Positions 38,220-53,376 are shown, counted from the first letter of the whole stretch. The stretch is DNA of 62,591 nt, filler included, from Platydemus manokwari (GCA_037951405.1; 6 parts of 6 records of this genome joined end to end with filler, not necessarily neighbours in it), one strand, 5' to 3'. Numbers and translations are program-made. The notes: a model not told the origin generated them from the letters alone.

Positions 38220-41200
38220 GGAAAATTGTTACAGATGTAATAGAAATGAGTAAAATTGCATCGATCGAAATTTACCAATCAATAACCAATCACCTGTTTG
38301 TGTGTGTGTGCGTATTCGATAAACTCGTTGACTGCAGCTATTGACGCAACCAATTTGTGAGACAGCAATGAGCAATCGAATACAAATTTCACTACATGGT
38401 TTTCCATGCACTCTTTCTCTGTAGTTACCGCTAGTGATAATGTGAGATGTCAGAGAAAATTACTACTATCTATAATCTGTTATCAGAGATTTCAGAGGTT
38501 TGATACATGATAGTGAATGTTTTGATTTCAAATCATTTTATTCTCCCTAGTTTTCAGCATACTACTGACCGTATATCTCATGGAATTGCATGCATTAATC
38601 AATTTATCAGACAGAATATATCGATTAATATTAGACAACAAAAGATTAACAGAACACGTTTCAGACATTTATTAATTGCACGTGATTATTGCCATGAATC
38701 ACATTTCTATTTCTTATCTTTTTTATTTTGTTTAGGCTCAGATTTGTAGTGCCTCGATTGAATTTTGTGTTTGTGATGGAAAATATTTTTGGTCATCAAA
38801 GTTTACAGTTGCTCTTCCTTATCATAGACAAGTTTTTTGAAAAGATTTTTTTGTATAGTTCAAACAAAAGTTTTGCTAAATATAAAGGATAAAATTGAAT
38901 GTTGAATGTTGGATAATTAGTTGAGTAGTAGTGATAATTAATTGTTGAGATTACTCATGGAATAATGATTGGAAAGAACAGGAAATCACATGATAACGCA
39001 ATAAATCAATAATTTCAATGACTTACTTGACGATACAAAATATTTGAAGTTATGCAAATATAAAAATGGCATCTTTTATTGCTAAGTGATCAAGCAATCA
39101 CAAACTTTTAACATTGGCCCTTATATTTTGATTGAAGAATATCTGTTTCTTCATATTTAATAAATCTATTTTTATTTCTTCTATTCTATCAGTTGGTTTT
39201 TATTTTTTCGTTGTTCCAGATTTCCTAGTTTTTTATATTTCTGATTCTCACCTCTCCATGCATTATTAATCTGTTGCAATTGTAAAGCCGTGTTCCTTTA
39301 CCACTTTCAATTGAAATATAGCTGTAATTTGTGAATATTAGCGTGATACTTATATGGGATGAAGTCTTAAAAAAAATGAAAATTACTGTGAAGTATGTGA
39401 CAAAAACGATCAAAATACCTACCTAGACCATGGAATAATCCTCAATGAGTCGATATGTACGCACGCTTAGTGCTTGTGTCAGTGGCCAATCAGATGCCTC
39501 CAAAATATGTTTGAGTACAACCTCTAATAATAAAGATAGATAACAATTAATATAACATTTTTTCCAATAGAAGCGAGTCATCCCTCACAGAAAATATATC
39601 AAACCTAAAATAGGATAAAATAAATACATAAATAGAAAGAAAAATTATTAATATTTAAGAATAATAATTACAAAAGATAAATAATAAAAATAGTATCAAG
39701 ATGATATACTAATACTAACATGCAAAAATAAAATAAAAATAAATCAATATAAACAATCATCGAAGTCATAAAATTTTGAACAAAAAATACTATAACCGGA
39801 TGCTTGACAGAATAATCGACAAATACTAAAGTCTACTACGAAATTAGCCTTGTTATTTACTCTCATCATTGTTATCGACAAATAATTACTCTACTGTGGA
39901 ATTGGTCTCATTCAACGCACTACTCTTATAGTTAATTACTCTCCAAAGGAAATATCATCATTCAAAGCTAACGGTAAAAGTATAAATTCCCGATCATCAA
40001 GCTTCAGAAATCTTAAAATCAAAGAACAATCTTAAAGTAGTAGTTAAGGTACCATTGGACCTAACCACTGATAAAATCTATTTATAACTTTTATGAACAA
40101 GGCCATAAGAGGCTTACAAAATCAATAAAGTTCTATCAAAATAGAACAACACAATAGTGCGATAAATAAAAAGTCACCCCTGCTGGTTATTTGCATAAAT
40201 TATCATTAATATTGCAATCCAGTTCGAATTTTGTCATTATCAATCTTATTGTGTTTATTGTGATATTAATTATATTTTATTCAGATCAATAAGTTATTTA
40301 TTCAATTATTGATTTATAGAATAATATCATATCTAGTTCATAATTTACATACATCTTTTGGAGTCAAGTGTACTTATCGAATATTATTAATAAACAATGC
40401 AATGGAACTCAGCTTATTTATAGGGTTTCAATACTCACTGAATTTTAAATACTCACACTTATTTCCAATTATTAAATATTGATTTTTAACTGATAGAAAA
40501 TGATAATCCTTTTGGTGGTAATTTTTTGTTGCAAGCTGTTACGAGAAAGACAAATGGTGCTTATATAAACAATAGAGAAAACAAATTATTTATAAAGGTC
40601 GGGTTAAATAAGAAATGAATAATGAATATTAAATAAAGAAAAATTAATTAAATATGAAGACATTAGAATTAAATGATAAAAGTGCTATGTAAAAGGCAAG
40701 CATGGGTCGAATACTTGCATAGGGTTAAGCAATACTCTCTTACCATATCAACAATATTCTTTTGAAATAATTGTTGGATACAATACTGCAGAGGTGGCCT
40801 TTTCATTTGAATAACATCTCACACGATCGACTAAAATTGGCTTCAAGATCGACCAGTTGACCACCCTACAATACTGTAATGAAATAATCAATAAATTATG
40901 CATAAAAATTTTGTCGTGACTCATCTCTGAATAATAAATACAAAGAATATTTTTCACCCGAAATAAGAAAATACAGGAATAGAAATATAACTAATATTTA
41001 CCAAATATGGGAAAACACATAAATAAAAATAGTAATAATAAATACTAATAATAACAAAGAAAATAATTAATTAAAAAAGTATCAATTAAACTTGATCAAA
41101 ATAAAGTCGCCCTTTTATAAACTCCAGTTAATTGTCGAATATGATAAAATGAATAATCACATAAACTATCACAGGTTTGCGAGTCTCATTTAAATAATAA

Positions 41201-44200
41201 ATTATGTTGAATTTGCAAATTACAAATCGAAACTTTGGGAATACTAAATTTGTCAATTATAATGTGAAAATTTTGTTAAAATCGATGAAGATCATTATCA
41301 ATGTAAACAAATCCAAAAATATAAATAATAAACACTAATGGTGAATTGTTAAGTTTCTATGACAACTCATACAGTTATCATAGGAATCTAGAAAAGAACG
41401 TAAATAAAAAGAAAAGGCAACAATAACTAATTATAAACAAGCACGTACAAGGAAAGTACAAAAAGGTATAAAAGGGGTATTAAGCAGTAAGAGTACGCAT
41501 AAAAATTTGAGAGAAAATTATTTCAGAAAACAGGTTAATTATAGATCACGAGTACCTTTTTTATTTTAATTAGTGGAGTGATATTGTTCGAAAGTTAATT
41601 TGATTTCCTTCTAAACTACCCCTTCTTTGACTTCTTTTTTCTCTAGAACTGGGTAGCATTAGTTCCAATTACTGGTTGTTTCACATCTTCCGGTCATTTC
41701 AAAGTCACACAAAAAATTACCAAACCGCACATTGTATTGTATTGATATCAATTTTGTTGTGATTATCAGTTTGCAAATAAATTTTATTAGTTTTAGTTAT
41801 TTTTATCTATACATTAAATTTAATTTATAAACACAACATACACTTCGGCACTGCTAACAGTCAGATATTGGTGGAATAGTACATTCATATCTCAACCCCA
41901 GCAGCCAATGAATCATAATCGTCATCAAATTCCATCAATTATTCTTCCATAATAACTAACACAGAAAAAAAATTAATAGAATAAATCTTGCGGTTAGAAA
42001 TAACCCTTTAAGAATTGGAATAATTGAAATCTTTTGAATGGCAATCTTAAAATATATAAAAATCCTGAAAATCAAAAGAATAAATGAAAATTGAGAACAA
42101 TTAAATCCCCAAGTAAATCAAATAGCTATCAACAATCATAACCTTGTCCATTTTCAAGGACAAGGAAATCATTAGAAAACATTTGTAGTCAAGACATCCA
42201 AATTTATCTATGGCCGGTTATAAACTGGAAGAATCTTGTATTGACATCATCAGCTTTACTGAGACAATAATCTAGCCATTTTCCCTAGAAGATCAAGAAG
42301 ATAATGTTAATGTTATAGTCACATAAGTATTTATACCAACATTTTATATTTATTTGAGCAAGACTTATTATGAACTGGTTTTACTCCAGTATGAAGCAGA
42401 TTAACTACTAAAGTCTTTCTGTGAATTGTTTGGAATTTACGGAGTTTTGTGCATATAAGAGTACTATTAAAATTGATTCTATTTTTTGTTGTTAGAATAG
42501 AATTTTTGTATTGAGAAAATGTTATTTTTTATTTCGATAACTGATCAGAATATATAACCCTGTCATGATAATTGTTACGTCATTAACCTTTCTTGGCAGT
42601 AGTTTAATAAATTAATTAAGTGGAAGATTGATAAGTATAACATTGAATCGAGTAAGAAGATTTCTATCAAGAAATCGAATTTTCTATCTTAGAAGTGGTG
42701 TAGCATTAAATAGCTTTACAATAATAGAGATCTGAGAGGCATCTGCTGAGTTGCAAATAAGTTTGACTTACAGTTTATTAATAAATATATTGTCCAACAC
42801 CAATCACATTGTCTTCACATGGAATATAGAGTGTTAATGACAAAAAATAATAAAATAATAAAGTTTATTACTACACATAGGTCATCAGAATTCTGTAGAT
42901 TGATTAAGTCGAGAACAATGTCAATAAATGCGAATAATAGTAAAAGGAAAAAAATCGAGTTTGGACCTGAAAAATAAAGTTCCAATGCTTTATTTATTAA
43001 CTCTAAAGATTCATAAAAATAAATATAAAAAGATTTGTAATGATACACCAAATTGACTATCTAAAGATATAAAATGAGATATAATATTTTTATCATACAT
43101 TACACATCGAGAATAAATTATAACAAGATCAAAAATAATAATTTCTATATACTGATTGTTATTGTTTTTCTTGGATTTATTTTCTGCCTTTGGGATGTAT
43201 TCCTAATTTGTTGTGTCTATAACCGCCTTGCTCTTGTCCTATCTGTTTTTGGATAATATTCTTCGATCTATGTTCTGTTCTGCATATATTGCATCGATTC
43301 TTACCAAATATATTGCCCTATTATCCATTACGATGACTGTTCTCACCCTCTTCTCATGTTGTCCATTGTGTGTGTGTGCAATCAACTGAATGCTTTCATA
43401 ACTCTTTCGAAATCGTAGACATAATCCAATGACTGATGTAGGTACATCTCAAACCATTAATACTATCGTTCTAATAAGTTATCATATACAGCCCGTGTTA
43501 AGATCACCATTTTGATTTCTTCTAGTTTTAATAATACTTTTTATAGCATAGTTTTATCTTGGTTGAAGTGCTTTGTACAGTCTGATCTACATGTAGGTTC
43601 TCTCTTATTTCATTTTTAGGCCTATTTAACATAGGGATTTCCTTTTGATGCGGGTTTTGAGAAGTTAGATACAACAATCTCCTCTCTATCACCAAAACAA
43701 ATTTAAAAGAGCAAGGATATTTTCAAATATAGATTTTCATAAGATACATTCGCAAGTAGAAATGAAAGGTTTTACCATAACCAAAGCGTTACACAAATTT
43801 CTAAAAGTTCATTACGGTTTAACGTGTGTGCCAGCAACATATCAGAAAATATTGAATATCATATACATTTATATATCTATCATACAAAATGATATATTTG
43901 TACGATATTATTATATTCTTAAAATATAAAGGCGATCTGAGATTAGATGGCGAGAGCGATAAAACATTTTGATGGGCAGTATTTAAATCAAACCAACGAA
44001 ATGGGTTTGGATAAAAGTAGAATTGTTTGCTTTGTTTCCAGAAAGGAATAAACTTGACCTAAACCATTTGGATAAGGAATATAAATTCCCTGTAGCCAAT
44101 AAGGACAAACGGAGATTTCCAGGATCATCAGTTTATTATCACGAATATCAGATATTTGATATGATTTGTGCCGTTGATATTGAAAGTAGTGTAAGTCATA

Positions 44201-44358
44201 TATTTCTTGTTTGGAAATATTAAGGGATTTGTATGTTAAATAATTAAAAAATATTTGTTTATTATGGAATGAAATATTTTCACAATTAATTAGCGTCGGT
44301 AAATCAGCATTTAATATGATTGTGAAATTTATTACCATTTTTAAATGGAAATTTGGTT

Positions 44359-44458
44359 NNNNNNNNNNNNNNNNNNNNNNNNNNNNNNNNNNNNNNNNNN
44401 NNTTAATTAATTAANNNNNNNNNNNNNNNNNNNNNNNNNNNNNNNNNNNNNNNNNNNN
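44359..44458. other. Artificial contig linker
   Basis: N44-TTAATTAATTAA-N44. Confidence 0.97.
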
Positions 44459-44819
44459 GTCAACTGTGATTCTTCTGTCATTCACTGATCTAATTACTAT
44501 CAAACTATCCAGTATATTTTATCACAATGTCTTCCATTGTCGCTTCTGTCACCAATTTTACCAATTGTCATAATTTTTTAATATAGTTTTAACAAAGGTG
44601 GTTAAATCTGGTTGAGTAAATTGACGGTAAAAGTAATTTACAAACTTGACATCAATTGTATGCAAAAATAACTCAAGGTAGCCTGACATTTTTAGTTTGG
44701 CTAATTGCGATTGGTCGAAACACAAAATATCTAGCCATATCTTAATCTGTAATGTATGTCATTGATTGTGTTAATTTTTAAATTAATTTATACCAATATT
44801 TTCTTGAACTATTTAAAAA

Positions 44820-46671
44820 CTATTTAACTGAAACAGATTGGGTGATATTAAACGGGATTGATTGTTTGTCTGTCTGTTAAAATATTAATAAAAACAATAA
44901 CAGAAAATCAAAATAATATTTACAAAACCATATCTCAAATAAACAAATAATCGCTTGATAATTATTAAAAAATATTTATAAATAAACAACCTTCATGTGT
45001 GATAATTCCAAATTGATATTTCTGGCAAAATCATCAAACTCGTGTTTCATTCGTTTCGTTTGTTCATTATTATTGATCAATTCCTATTTATCAAACATGA
45101 ATAATATCAATTCAATAATATTATGTCAGCACAAGATTACTAATGTCAAAGCATCGATTAATTCTTTATTTTTGTTTAATTCTGTATTTAATAAATCGAT
45201 TTTGATGGAATTCTGTGAATAAAATTCCAATTATCTCTACAAATAAAAAATATCAATTAAATAAAACTTTTCTGTCAATATTTAGCAAATGGCTTATGAT
45301 TTTATCCGTGATTTCCTTGTTATTGTTGGAAATTGTGTATTCAGCAGGAATTGACGGATCGGTATTGCTGATTTTGGAATAAGAATAATTCAATAAGCCA
45401 TTCAATTCATCACTCGATATGGTTTCTGTGCTGGTATCGACCATTATCTTTGTTTCTAATATTATATCTCTATCATTTTGATGAGATGTCCAACATTCAA
45501 TACTTGGTTTGGTGAATTCTTTATGATTTCGACGATTTTCTTGAGCATTTTCAACTCTTCTTTCATTTTCAATGAAAGCTCGAAACTTGGACAAATCATC
45601 ATCTTTTTCTGTTGAAGTAGTTCTATGAGATTTCATTTCAGATTCTGATAAATCACTTTCATCATTCGAACATTCATTTAATGCTTGACAATTGTTATTC
45701 TATGGAGATTTGTATTAAAATCAAGAATGACAAAAATGATTCAATCAATGAATATACATTTATATTCATAAATAGAAATTTTATTATTTTAATAGATAGA
45801 TGATAATTATTTTTATTTTTAATTATATTTAACAATAATCAAAATTTGATTTCAAAAAGCACATTGAATATCTTATCAAAGATATTGACGCTAGATTATT
45901 AGATATTATGTTAATTATATTTTTGGATATAATTAAATATTGATTATAGACCAATATTGAAGATAGACAAATTATAGATAAATAAAACAACTGATCATTT
46001 GTATTTTGTCACCAAAATTTATAAATACACACTCACCAACCAATCAATAATATCAACCAATCATCAACATCAACCAATCATTAATATCAACCAATTATCG
46101 ATATCAACCAATTATTGATATCAACCAATCATTATTATCAACCAATCAATAATATCAACCAATCAATAATATCAACCAATCAATAATATCAACCAATCAT
46201 TAGTATCAACCATTAATCAATATCAACCAATCATTAGTATCAACCAATCATCAATATCAAACATTCATCAATATCAACCAATCAATAATATCAACCAATC
46301 ATCAATATCAACCAATTATCAATATCAACCATTAATCAATATCAACCAATCATTAGTATCAACCAATCATCGATATCAACCATTCATCAATATCAACCAA
46401 TCATTAGTATCAACCAATCATCGATATCAACCATTCATCAATATCAACCAATCATCAATATCAACCATTCATCAATATCAACCAATCAACAAGATCAACC
46501 AATTGTTACAATAGGTATTCAGAAAATGTTTAATAAATATCAATAGAACTTGAGCTAAATATATTGATAACATAAAAGTTATATCAAATAAATTAATTAA
46601 TTTCACATTACAAGAAAAATTGTGTATTGAAATTATAAATTAGATTTAACCATGTGAGATGTCCAAGATGA

Positions 46672-46718
<47 letters not shown>

Positions 46719-48542
46719 GGACAACTATGATTTCAATATTATTTTTATTACAATAAAGTAATATCATTGTTATTAGTGTATTTTTATTATTATCTTATTA
46801 TATTAGTTAAAAATAAATGTAAATATATATAATGTAAAAAAATGAAATTATAATTAAAATAAAGCTAATTAATAAAATCATTTTATATCACCCGCTATAT
46901 ATAAACACTTTTTCAACCATTTATCAAATAGATTACCAAATAAATTACATTAATATATTTATTCAGTGTTGAGAAATTCCTATGTATAATAATTATTATC
47001 ATTATTATAAAATGCTACTCTGTTTTTATAAAACACGCTTTATAAACGAACTGATATGTCATGACACAAAATTATATTTGGAACTGTAATTATTTAATCA
47101 AATTAATACTTCATAAAAATCTGATTTTAAAATCTTTCAAATATAACTTAATTTAAAAACCTCACATCCCTCTTTCGAGAACATTTATGATTTTCTATCT
47201 TTTCCTAATTAAATATGTATCGAATTCTCAAAAATACTTATCTCAAAGAAAATATCTATTTCTTCTCTCTAATTTATATATTCTTATATTTTATATCTTC
47301 TCAATATCTTCCATATATATTCTCTATTTCTTCTTTATATCTTCACTTAATCTTCTGTACAACTTCTCTATATCTTCTCAATTCTCTCTTATATTTTTGT
47401 GCCATAGGACTTCACAAAATCTAACATAAATGCATAATCACCATGTCAGCTGATACCTTTTATAAAACACGCTTTCTAAACGAACTGACAAATCATGACA
47501 CACAATTATATTTGGAACTGCAATTTTTTAAACAAATTAATATTTTATAAAACTCTGATTTAAAAATGTTTCAAATATAATTCAATTTAAAATCCTCACA
47601 ATTATAATGCTCATTCAAATGATAATCATAACAATAATTAAACAGAAAATATTTAAATTATAATAATTGAATAATAATTAATTTAATTATAAAATATTAA
47701 TAACCTAAGTTATAGTTATTATTTTTAGTTAATAAAATGCGAGATAAATAGGAGAGAAAAATGAATTAAATTTCAAAACTGATTTCAAAAATATCGAATG
47801 AGTTCAAATAATCCAATGCCTTAAAGAGAAATATAGGAAGATAATAAAGGAAATTATTTACAATGTAGTATTCAACCTTAAAATATTAAATTTACAAAAT
47901 AAATAAATAATAAATTTACATTAGAATTGGATTTCTTAATAATTTCATTGAAATCTGGAGCTGGAGTCAGAGTTGGTTTGACTTTATATCTCTAAATAGA
48001 TGGACAATACGCATTGTTATTTTAATTATTCTACTTTCAATGGATCACCAAATACATTCTCTACAGTCGATAAAGCTCTTTCCGATTGTTCAAATAAATC
48101 ATATAACTCTTTGTCTGATGTAAACATATCACCAATTAATTTCTTACGTTGGTTGACATCGTTTTCTTTTATTTGATTTCCATCTAACAAATTTAATCTC
48201 ATCATAAAACATGAAATAAAATTTACATCGAATTTTCGTTAATCTATCGAAAACTGATTCGACTTTTTTCAATTTTGGAACATCTTCATTAAAATTAATT
48301 TGTTGATTTTTTGAAATATGATCAATTCTCCTTTGTAGCTAAATTTCCAGTTAAAATTTTAGTAAAAATGATCGAAAATTGTTTACTAATTCTTCAGGAG
48401 TTAATTTGTGAACACTAAGGTCTGAAACTGTACTCTGAATAATATATAACATTTATTAATTCAATGAATAATATCTTACATCCCAAGCGGGTTTTTCTTT
48501 TATTTTCCTGATGGGTTTATGTTTCACTGTTTTATTCATCAT
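44820..48542 (-). CDS. SPICE1: SPICE1/CCDC52-like spindle and centriole-associated protein, 9 exons, about 364 aa
   Basis: Phase-consistent GT-AG exons 48542-48480, 48434-48387, 48338-48227, 48183-48035, 47991-47920, 45699-45268, 45212-45141, 45083-44991 and 44873-44820. Spliced KPAWDSTVSDLSVHKLTPEELLQRRIDHISKN resembles the SPICE1 N-terminal [29 protein letters not shown] motif (from memory). Also FGDPLKRYKVKPTLTPAPD and a coiled-coil LIDALTLELI. Confidence 0.8.
46037..46504. repeat. 17-bp minisatellite (consensus approx. ATCAACCAATCATCAAT), about 27 copies, in the SPICE1-like intron
   Basis: Head-to-tail TCAACCA(A/T)T units at 17-bp period, with variants ...caataata, ...cattagta and ...catcgata. 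Confidence 0.95.
46671..46718. repeat. (ATT)n microsatellite
   Basis: Run of attatt. Confidence 0.95.
47025..47600. repeat. Two approx. 142-bp direct repeats (47025-47166 and 47458-47600) around a pyrimidine-rich spacer
   Basis: TTTATAAAACACGCTTT(A/C)TAAACGAACTGA...ATTATATTTGGAACTG...TTTCAAATATAA...CCTCACA is present in both copies. Confidence 0.92.
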
Positions 48543-51500
48543 ATTAATCTATGTTTTTGTGAAAAATCGGATACAAAAATTATGTGTTAAAATATATCGT
48601 TAATATGTAACCACAGACGCGAATTCAAATTTCGCGGATTACTTTTGTAATATCTAAACAATTACTATTATGTTTTTAATTCAAAATCCAAAAATTTTGC
48701 ATTTAATTTTATTTATGCATAACCTTTTTTCGAAACTTATCATATAATTGAATTTTCTTTACACATATCGAAAAAATTAATTAATTAGTTGTAATTTAAA
48801 TAATTAATGTGTACTGAAACTCAAAATGTTTGAAATTTTATAAAAAGAACATTAAATTAATAAAAACAATGCAAGTTAAATAATTATATCTGAAGTTAAT
48901 ATGTGTGTTTGTTTATGATGTCGGTTGCGATATAAATGTTAAAAAGATTACTATGTTTTTGTTGGGAATCTAGAATATTTCTTCAGATTTTCAAATCATT
49001 TACAAAAATTGGTTCAAGAGATATAACACAAGCATTGAGTATGTGAATCTCTAAAGTTTGTGAATATTTCAGTTAGAAATTATTATTAGAACAGAAGGTA
49101 ATGGAATTGAGTTTATATATTTATCATGCTTTTTAAATTTTTTTTCAGCATCCACATAAAATTTATAAATTACTAAAATATAATTGATCTTATGGTTATT
49201 GATTTTTTGAAAAAAATTAATAATTCATTAATATTTTAATGAGTCAATATTTTTAATCAATTAAAAATCATTGCAGAATGGAAAACAAGTAATATTAAAT
49301 TATTAAACTTTTCAGCAGTTTATAAAGTCGATTCATAATTATAAAAAATTAAATTTACAAAATCAAAAAAACATAATTTAATAAAAAAGGGAACTTGGTT
49401 CATCATTTCTGCTTGATCCATACTTTGCATCCTAGAATGTCATATGAACTACATGAATAAATTAAATATCACAAAATGTTAAAAGAATTAAATAAGCTAA
49501 ATATTTTAGAAATATTTATTATTACATAGAACTTGCTGTTAACTTGATTTCAATATATTTTCCAAAACTGACATAACATATTACATAATAAGAAATTTAA
49601 ATTATTTTATTAGTATCAAATTTTATGGATATCTAACAGACATCTTCCAGACTTTAAATGATGCTATCAACCATTTAAATTCTTCTTCAATCATTACCAT
49701 CGAGAAATATAAAACATATTACCGAAGAATTCATATAAAATTTAAAAAATATATGAAAATTAATTTTTACATTAAATCTGAGAAAAATATATGTGAAATC
49801 AAATTTTAAATTTTTTTACCTCATACTCAAAAATTCATAATAGATCAAAGCACTAATTTTCTTAACATTTACCAGAATTTTGGTAATAATATGATGTCTA
49901 GTACTCATTATTGACCACGTCTTTCAAAACTTTCTCTGGACTTTCAATGTTAAAAGCGCAATACAACTGCTAAAACAACGCACGCATCTTTATTAATTGT
50001 CAGCTTCCCTTAATTGATACACCAATATCACATTAGGGTTGAACATTCCATTAGTCAGTTTATACAAACACATGGATCGGATGTTTATGTTGACGCTCAG
50101 CCTCTTTAATCAAATCTGATTTTTTAACAAAAACAAACATATTACAATAATTTGGAATTCCAGAGTATCTTAAAATGCTCAAAAAAATTCATTCATTTAG
50201 CATTTATGAGCCATTTCAAACACCGAATGTAGTTCTCAAGCAATTATTATAAGCCAAAATGTAATAAATATTGTTTGTCGAAAATTTTGGTCTTGTTTCC
50301 ATCATTAAGATTAATTTCTTCTCATTTATAATCTTCATCACTATAATTATTATCACCTTTATTATACCTTTATTATATTATATAAGTATTTATCAACTTC
50401 GAGCCACTTAGTTTAAGATTGTCTGAGTTTGGGTGAACTCTTTACGGGTTGATTATGTTACTTATGAATCTACAACCGGATGTTGGCAACCAGTACATCA
50501 ATTTGAAAAACATAGTACTCTATAACTTCATAATATTAATCCATGCGTGAACAAACACATGTGAATACGATAAAATAAAAGATGAGATAATTTTTTAAAA
50601 TTAATAAAATATCAATAAGTCCAATAGGAACATGAGAAATGAAATATTAAATTGATTGTACGAATATTAGGGTGTTGGGTGGTTGTTGATTTATGTTTGA
50701 ATGATGTTTAATTATTTGGCGCAATTTAATTTAAAGTTACCGGTCCTAAGGGGCTTCAACACCTGGTATTGGAGACCAAGATGTCGGCAAGTGAGTTTAA
50801 TATATTAACTTTCAGCTTGAAGCACAGAGAATGCGTTGTCTCTCTGGGCTGTGATTGCGGTATGAAATTCCAATCTGGCACGGATCCTAATAAAGTTGAT
50901 GGTTGTTTCTTGGGGCAATTCTGGTTCCATCTTTAAATTTCCTCGACAGATTTCGTTCTTTCTTTTAAATTTATTATTATAACTAGGTGTATGTAACGTT
51001 TAGTTAGAACTTGATTAGTTCATCGATTTAAAATTTCTTCGAATTTTCTGAATATTCTGACAATCTGAAAATGATAACCCGTTGCTCATTTAATAATTAT
51101 ATTTTTAATTGATTTGATGTTAGTAATGTAGCTTCGATTCACTTTCTCAAAAATGTTTTTAAACCTTTTCATTTAATGAGTTGCTAATTTTACATTTGGT
51201 GAATTGTATTGATTGAAATGAATAGATTCATATTTCCTCAATGAAAACAATAGAGAAAACAATTTTTTTATGCCCGTAGAAATGATAAAATTTTCATTTT
51301 TCTTCGTTGATGAATCAGCAGAAAAGCTATTGATATTTTTTGAAAATTCTTTTTTCTAATCAATCCTCTTTTCTATAAATCTTTTCTCCTTTTCAGCATG
51401 TATAAATGAAAAATGATTTCTCCTTCGAAAAGAGTTTATTCAAAAGTTTATTTGCAAAATCTCTAACGATTACCATAATAATTATTCCTCTGTTCAGAAT

Positions 51501-51738
51501 TAAAATCTTCTCTTAATCATTATTTTTTGTATATACAATATTTTTTAAAAGTTTAAATTTTCCCCCTAACGTTATGAGTTAAAAAAATATTTTTTTTTAT
51601 TCAAGATCTACTTTCAGGTTTTTGCATCGTAAAATTTGAAAATTTTCTGAAGCACATTGACAACATTATTTTGATTTACTGCAGGTAAATGAAAAGTAGT
51701 GAGGACCATTCTCTTAGCATTGAAAGTGTTGGTATTAC

Positions 51739-52205
51739 ATTCTGGATAGCCAAATAATTACTGACACCAAAAATCGAAGGTTGCAGGCTTTATTTCTATT
51801 ACACTTACTAATCAGTGAGACTCTAAAACTCAATACAATATCTCAAAAACTAAACAAAAACTTGGCTTATAACTAGCAGTTAACCAACTTTTGATCGGTA
51901 TTAATACTCGAGATCTGTGTGAAATTTCCGTGTCAAGTTTGTATCACATTTTGATTTGATTTTTAATTTCTCATATTTATATTGAGCTTGTAGGTTTTGT
52001 ATATAAAGGATTGGTCAATCCATATGTGCTTGTTGTTGTATGACTATGTCCCTTTTTAAAATTATAGTTTTAAATCTAAGTCACAAGGTTGGTTGATCAC
52101 ATTTACTTAATAAGAAAAATTAATACTATATTTTTAAAATATGCCAGGTGTTTGAAAATGAATATAAGTGTTATTAACACGTGGGATATACATGTCAGAA
52201 GCATT
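51739..52205. repeat. Dispersed repeat, copy 2 (inverse of 9040-9479)
   Basis: Aligns with the reverse complement of 9040-9479. Confidence 0.8.
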
Positions 52206-53376
52206 TAGTTGAGGAAATCCTATAACCATTTCTTGTCAATAGCAATGCCGCGAATGTAAAGAGAGAATTGTGATTAGATTAGGAACCTGCTTTGACTTTT
52301 CTGTTATATTCTTATTTGATATCCTAAATATTTTTTACATTTACTAAAGTACAGGGTCCACAAGAAGTGTGCCATCACATGAACTCCATATGAAAATCAA
52401 TCCTCATAAAATGATAAATTTTTTATCAAAATAATTTTTAATAATTTATTAATATCCAAAATTTGTCGATTCTTATTAGCAGTTCTAAATCGGAATGAAA
52501 ACCCTAAAACAAGAATTACGAAAACGACAATTTTAACATTTGGTATATTAATTGACGTTTAATTGGATATTGGTGAGACCAGGTAAATCATTTAAATGTC
52601 ATCTTACAGTTCTATTTATATTCGGTGGTATTTATTCGATTTATAGAACTAGTCTCAACCCCTCAATAAACGGATTTGCTCCAATATTACGAAAGAGTCT
52701 TATAAATCATTTTGATTTAAAAATTATATTATCGTTGGTTAGATTTTTGGCGTATATGTAATAAAATTTTAATTTGTTTATATATTAATAAAATTTATTC
52801 AATCAACATTTTAGTGTTCTAGTTGCAGCAAAGTAGTATTAAGGATTCACTTCTTTAGAATAAAAATCATCAAAAATTTTTATTTCACCATATTTTGGTT
52901 GAAAATGTGCTACATATAAGCTGATAATCTATTCAGAGAGAAACCAAACAGATAGAGTACCAAAGGAAAAGAAAATATCCAAACGAATCGTGTAAAAGTA
53001 AAAATAAAAAGACAGAGTGATCAAGATATACGACAACATCAAAGAGATACGAATAAAGAATAAAGAAAGCGTTTTTGAACAGGAATCTCACAACACTTGG
53101 TAACAATGGTCCAATTTGAAAAAAGGCTGGAAAAAGTTAAAGAAAAGAATCCCGAGTGTAGACTTAGACGCATTAAAAACCAATCCTAATCAATTTTCGA
53201 AGCTGAAAATTTCAATTCAAACTGTATCTATCCAATACGATTCTATATTATTATTAATGCTTTTACTTTATCATTTAATTTTTTTATTATTTTACTCTTT
53301 TGACTCATTTGAATATGTATAATTCCGTTCACGTAACAAATGTTTTGAATAAATTTTGATGTAAATAAATATTACA

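Noticed and set aside
26061-38411. Antisense and alternative-frame ORFs overlapping pol, SPS2 and MARCH (e.g. 27591-27797, 28513-28857, 35642-35857, 37543-37809)
   Set aside because: Shadow ORFs of real coding sequence with no independent motifs.
44023-44223. ORF with YKFP...RRF resembling the N-terminus of hAT/TTF-type transposases
   Set aside because: Too short, and the zinc-ligand pattern is incomplete.
46037-46504. CRISPR-like periodic array
   Set aside because: Units are contiguous 17-mers with no unique spacers, there are no cas genes, and the context is a eukaryotic intron.
50400-50960. GC-richer island with a possible gag/protease remnant on the minus strand
   Set aside because: A DTG-like motif needs an assumed frameshift, and there is no other support.
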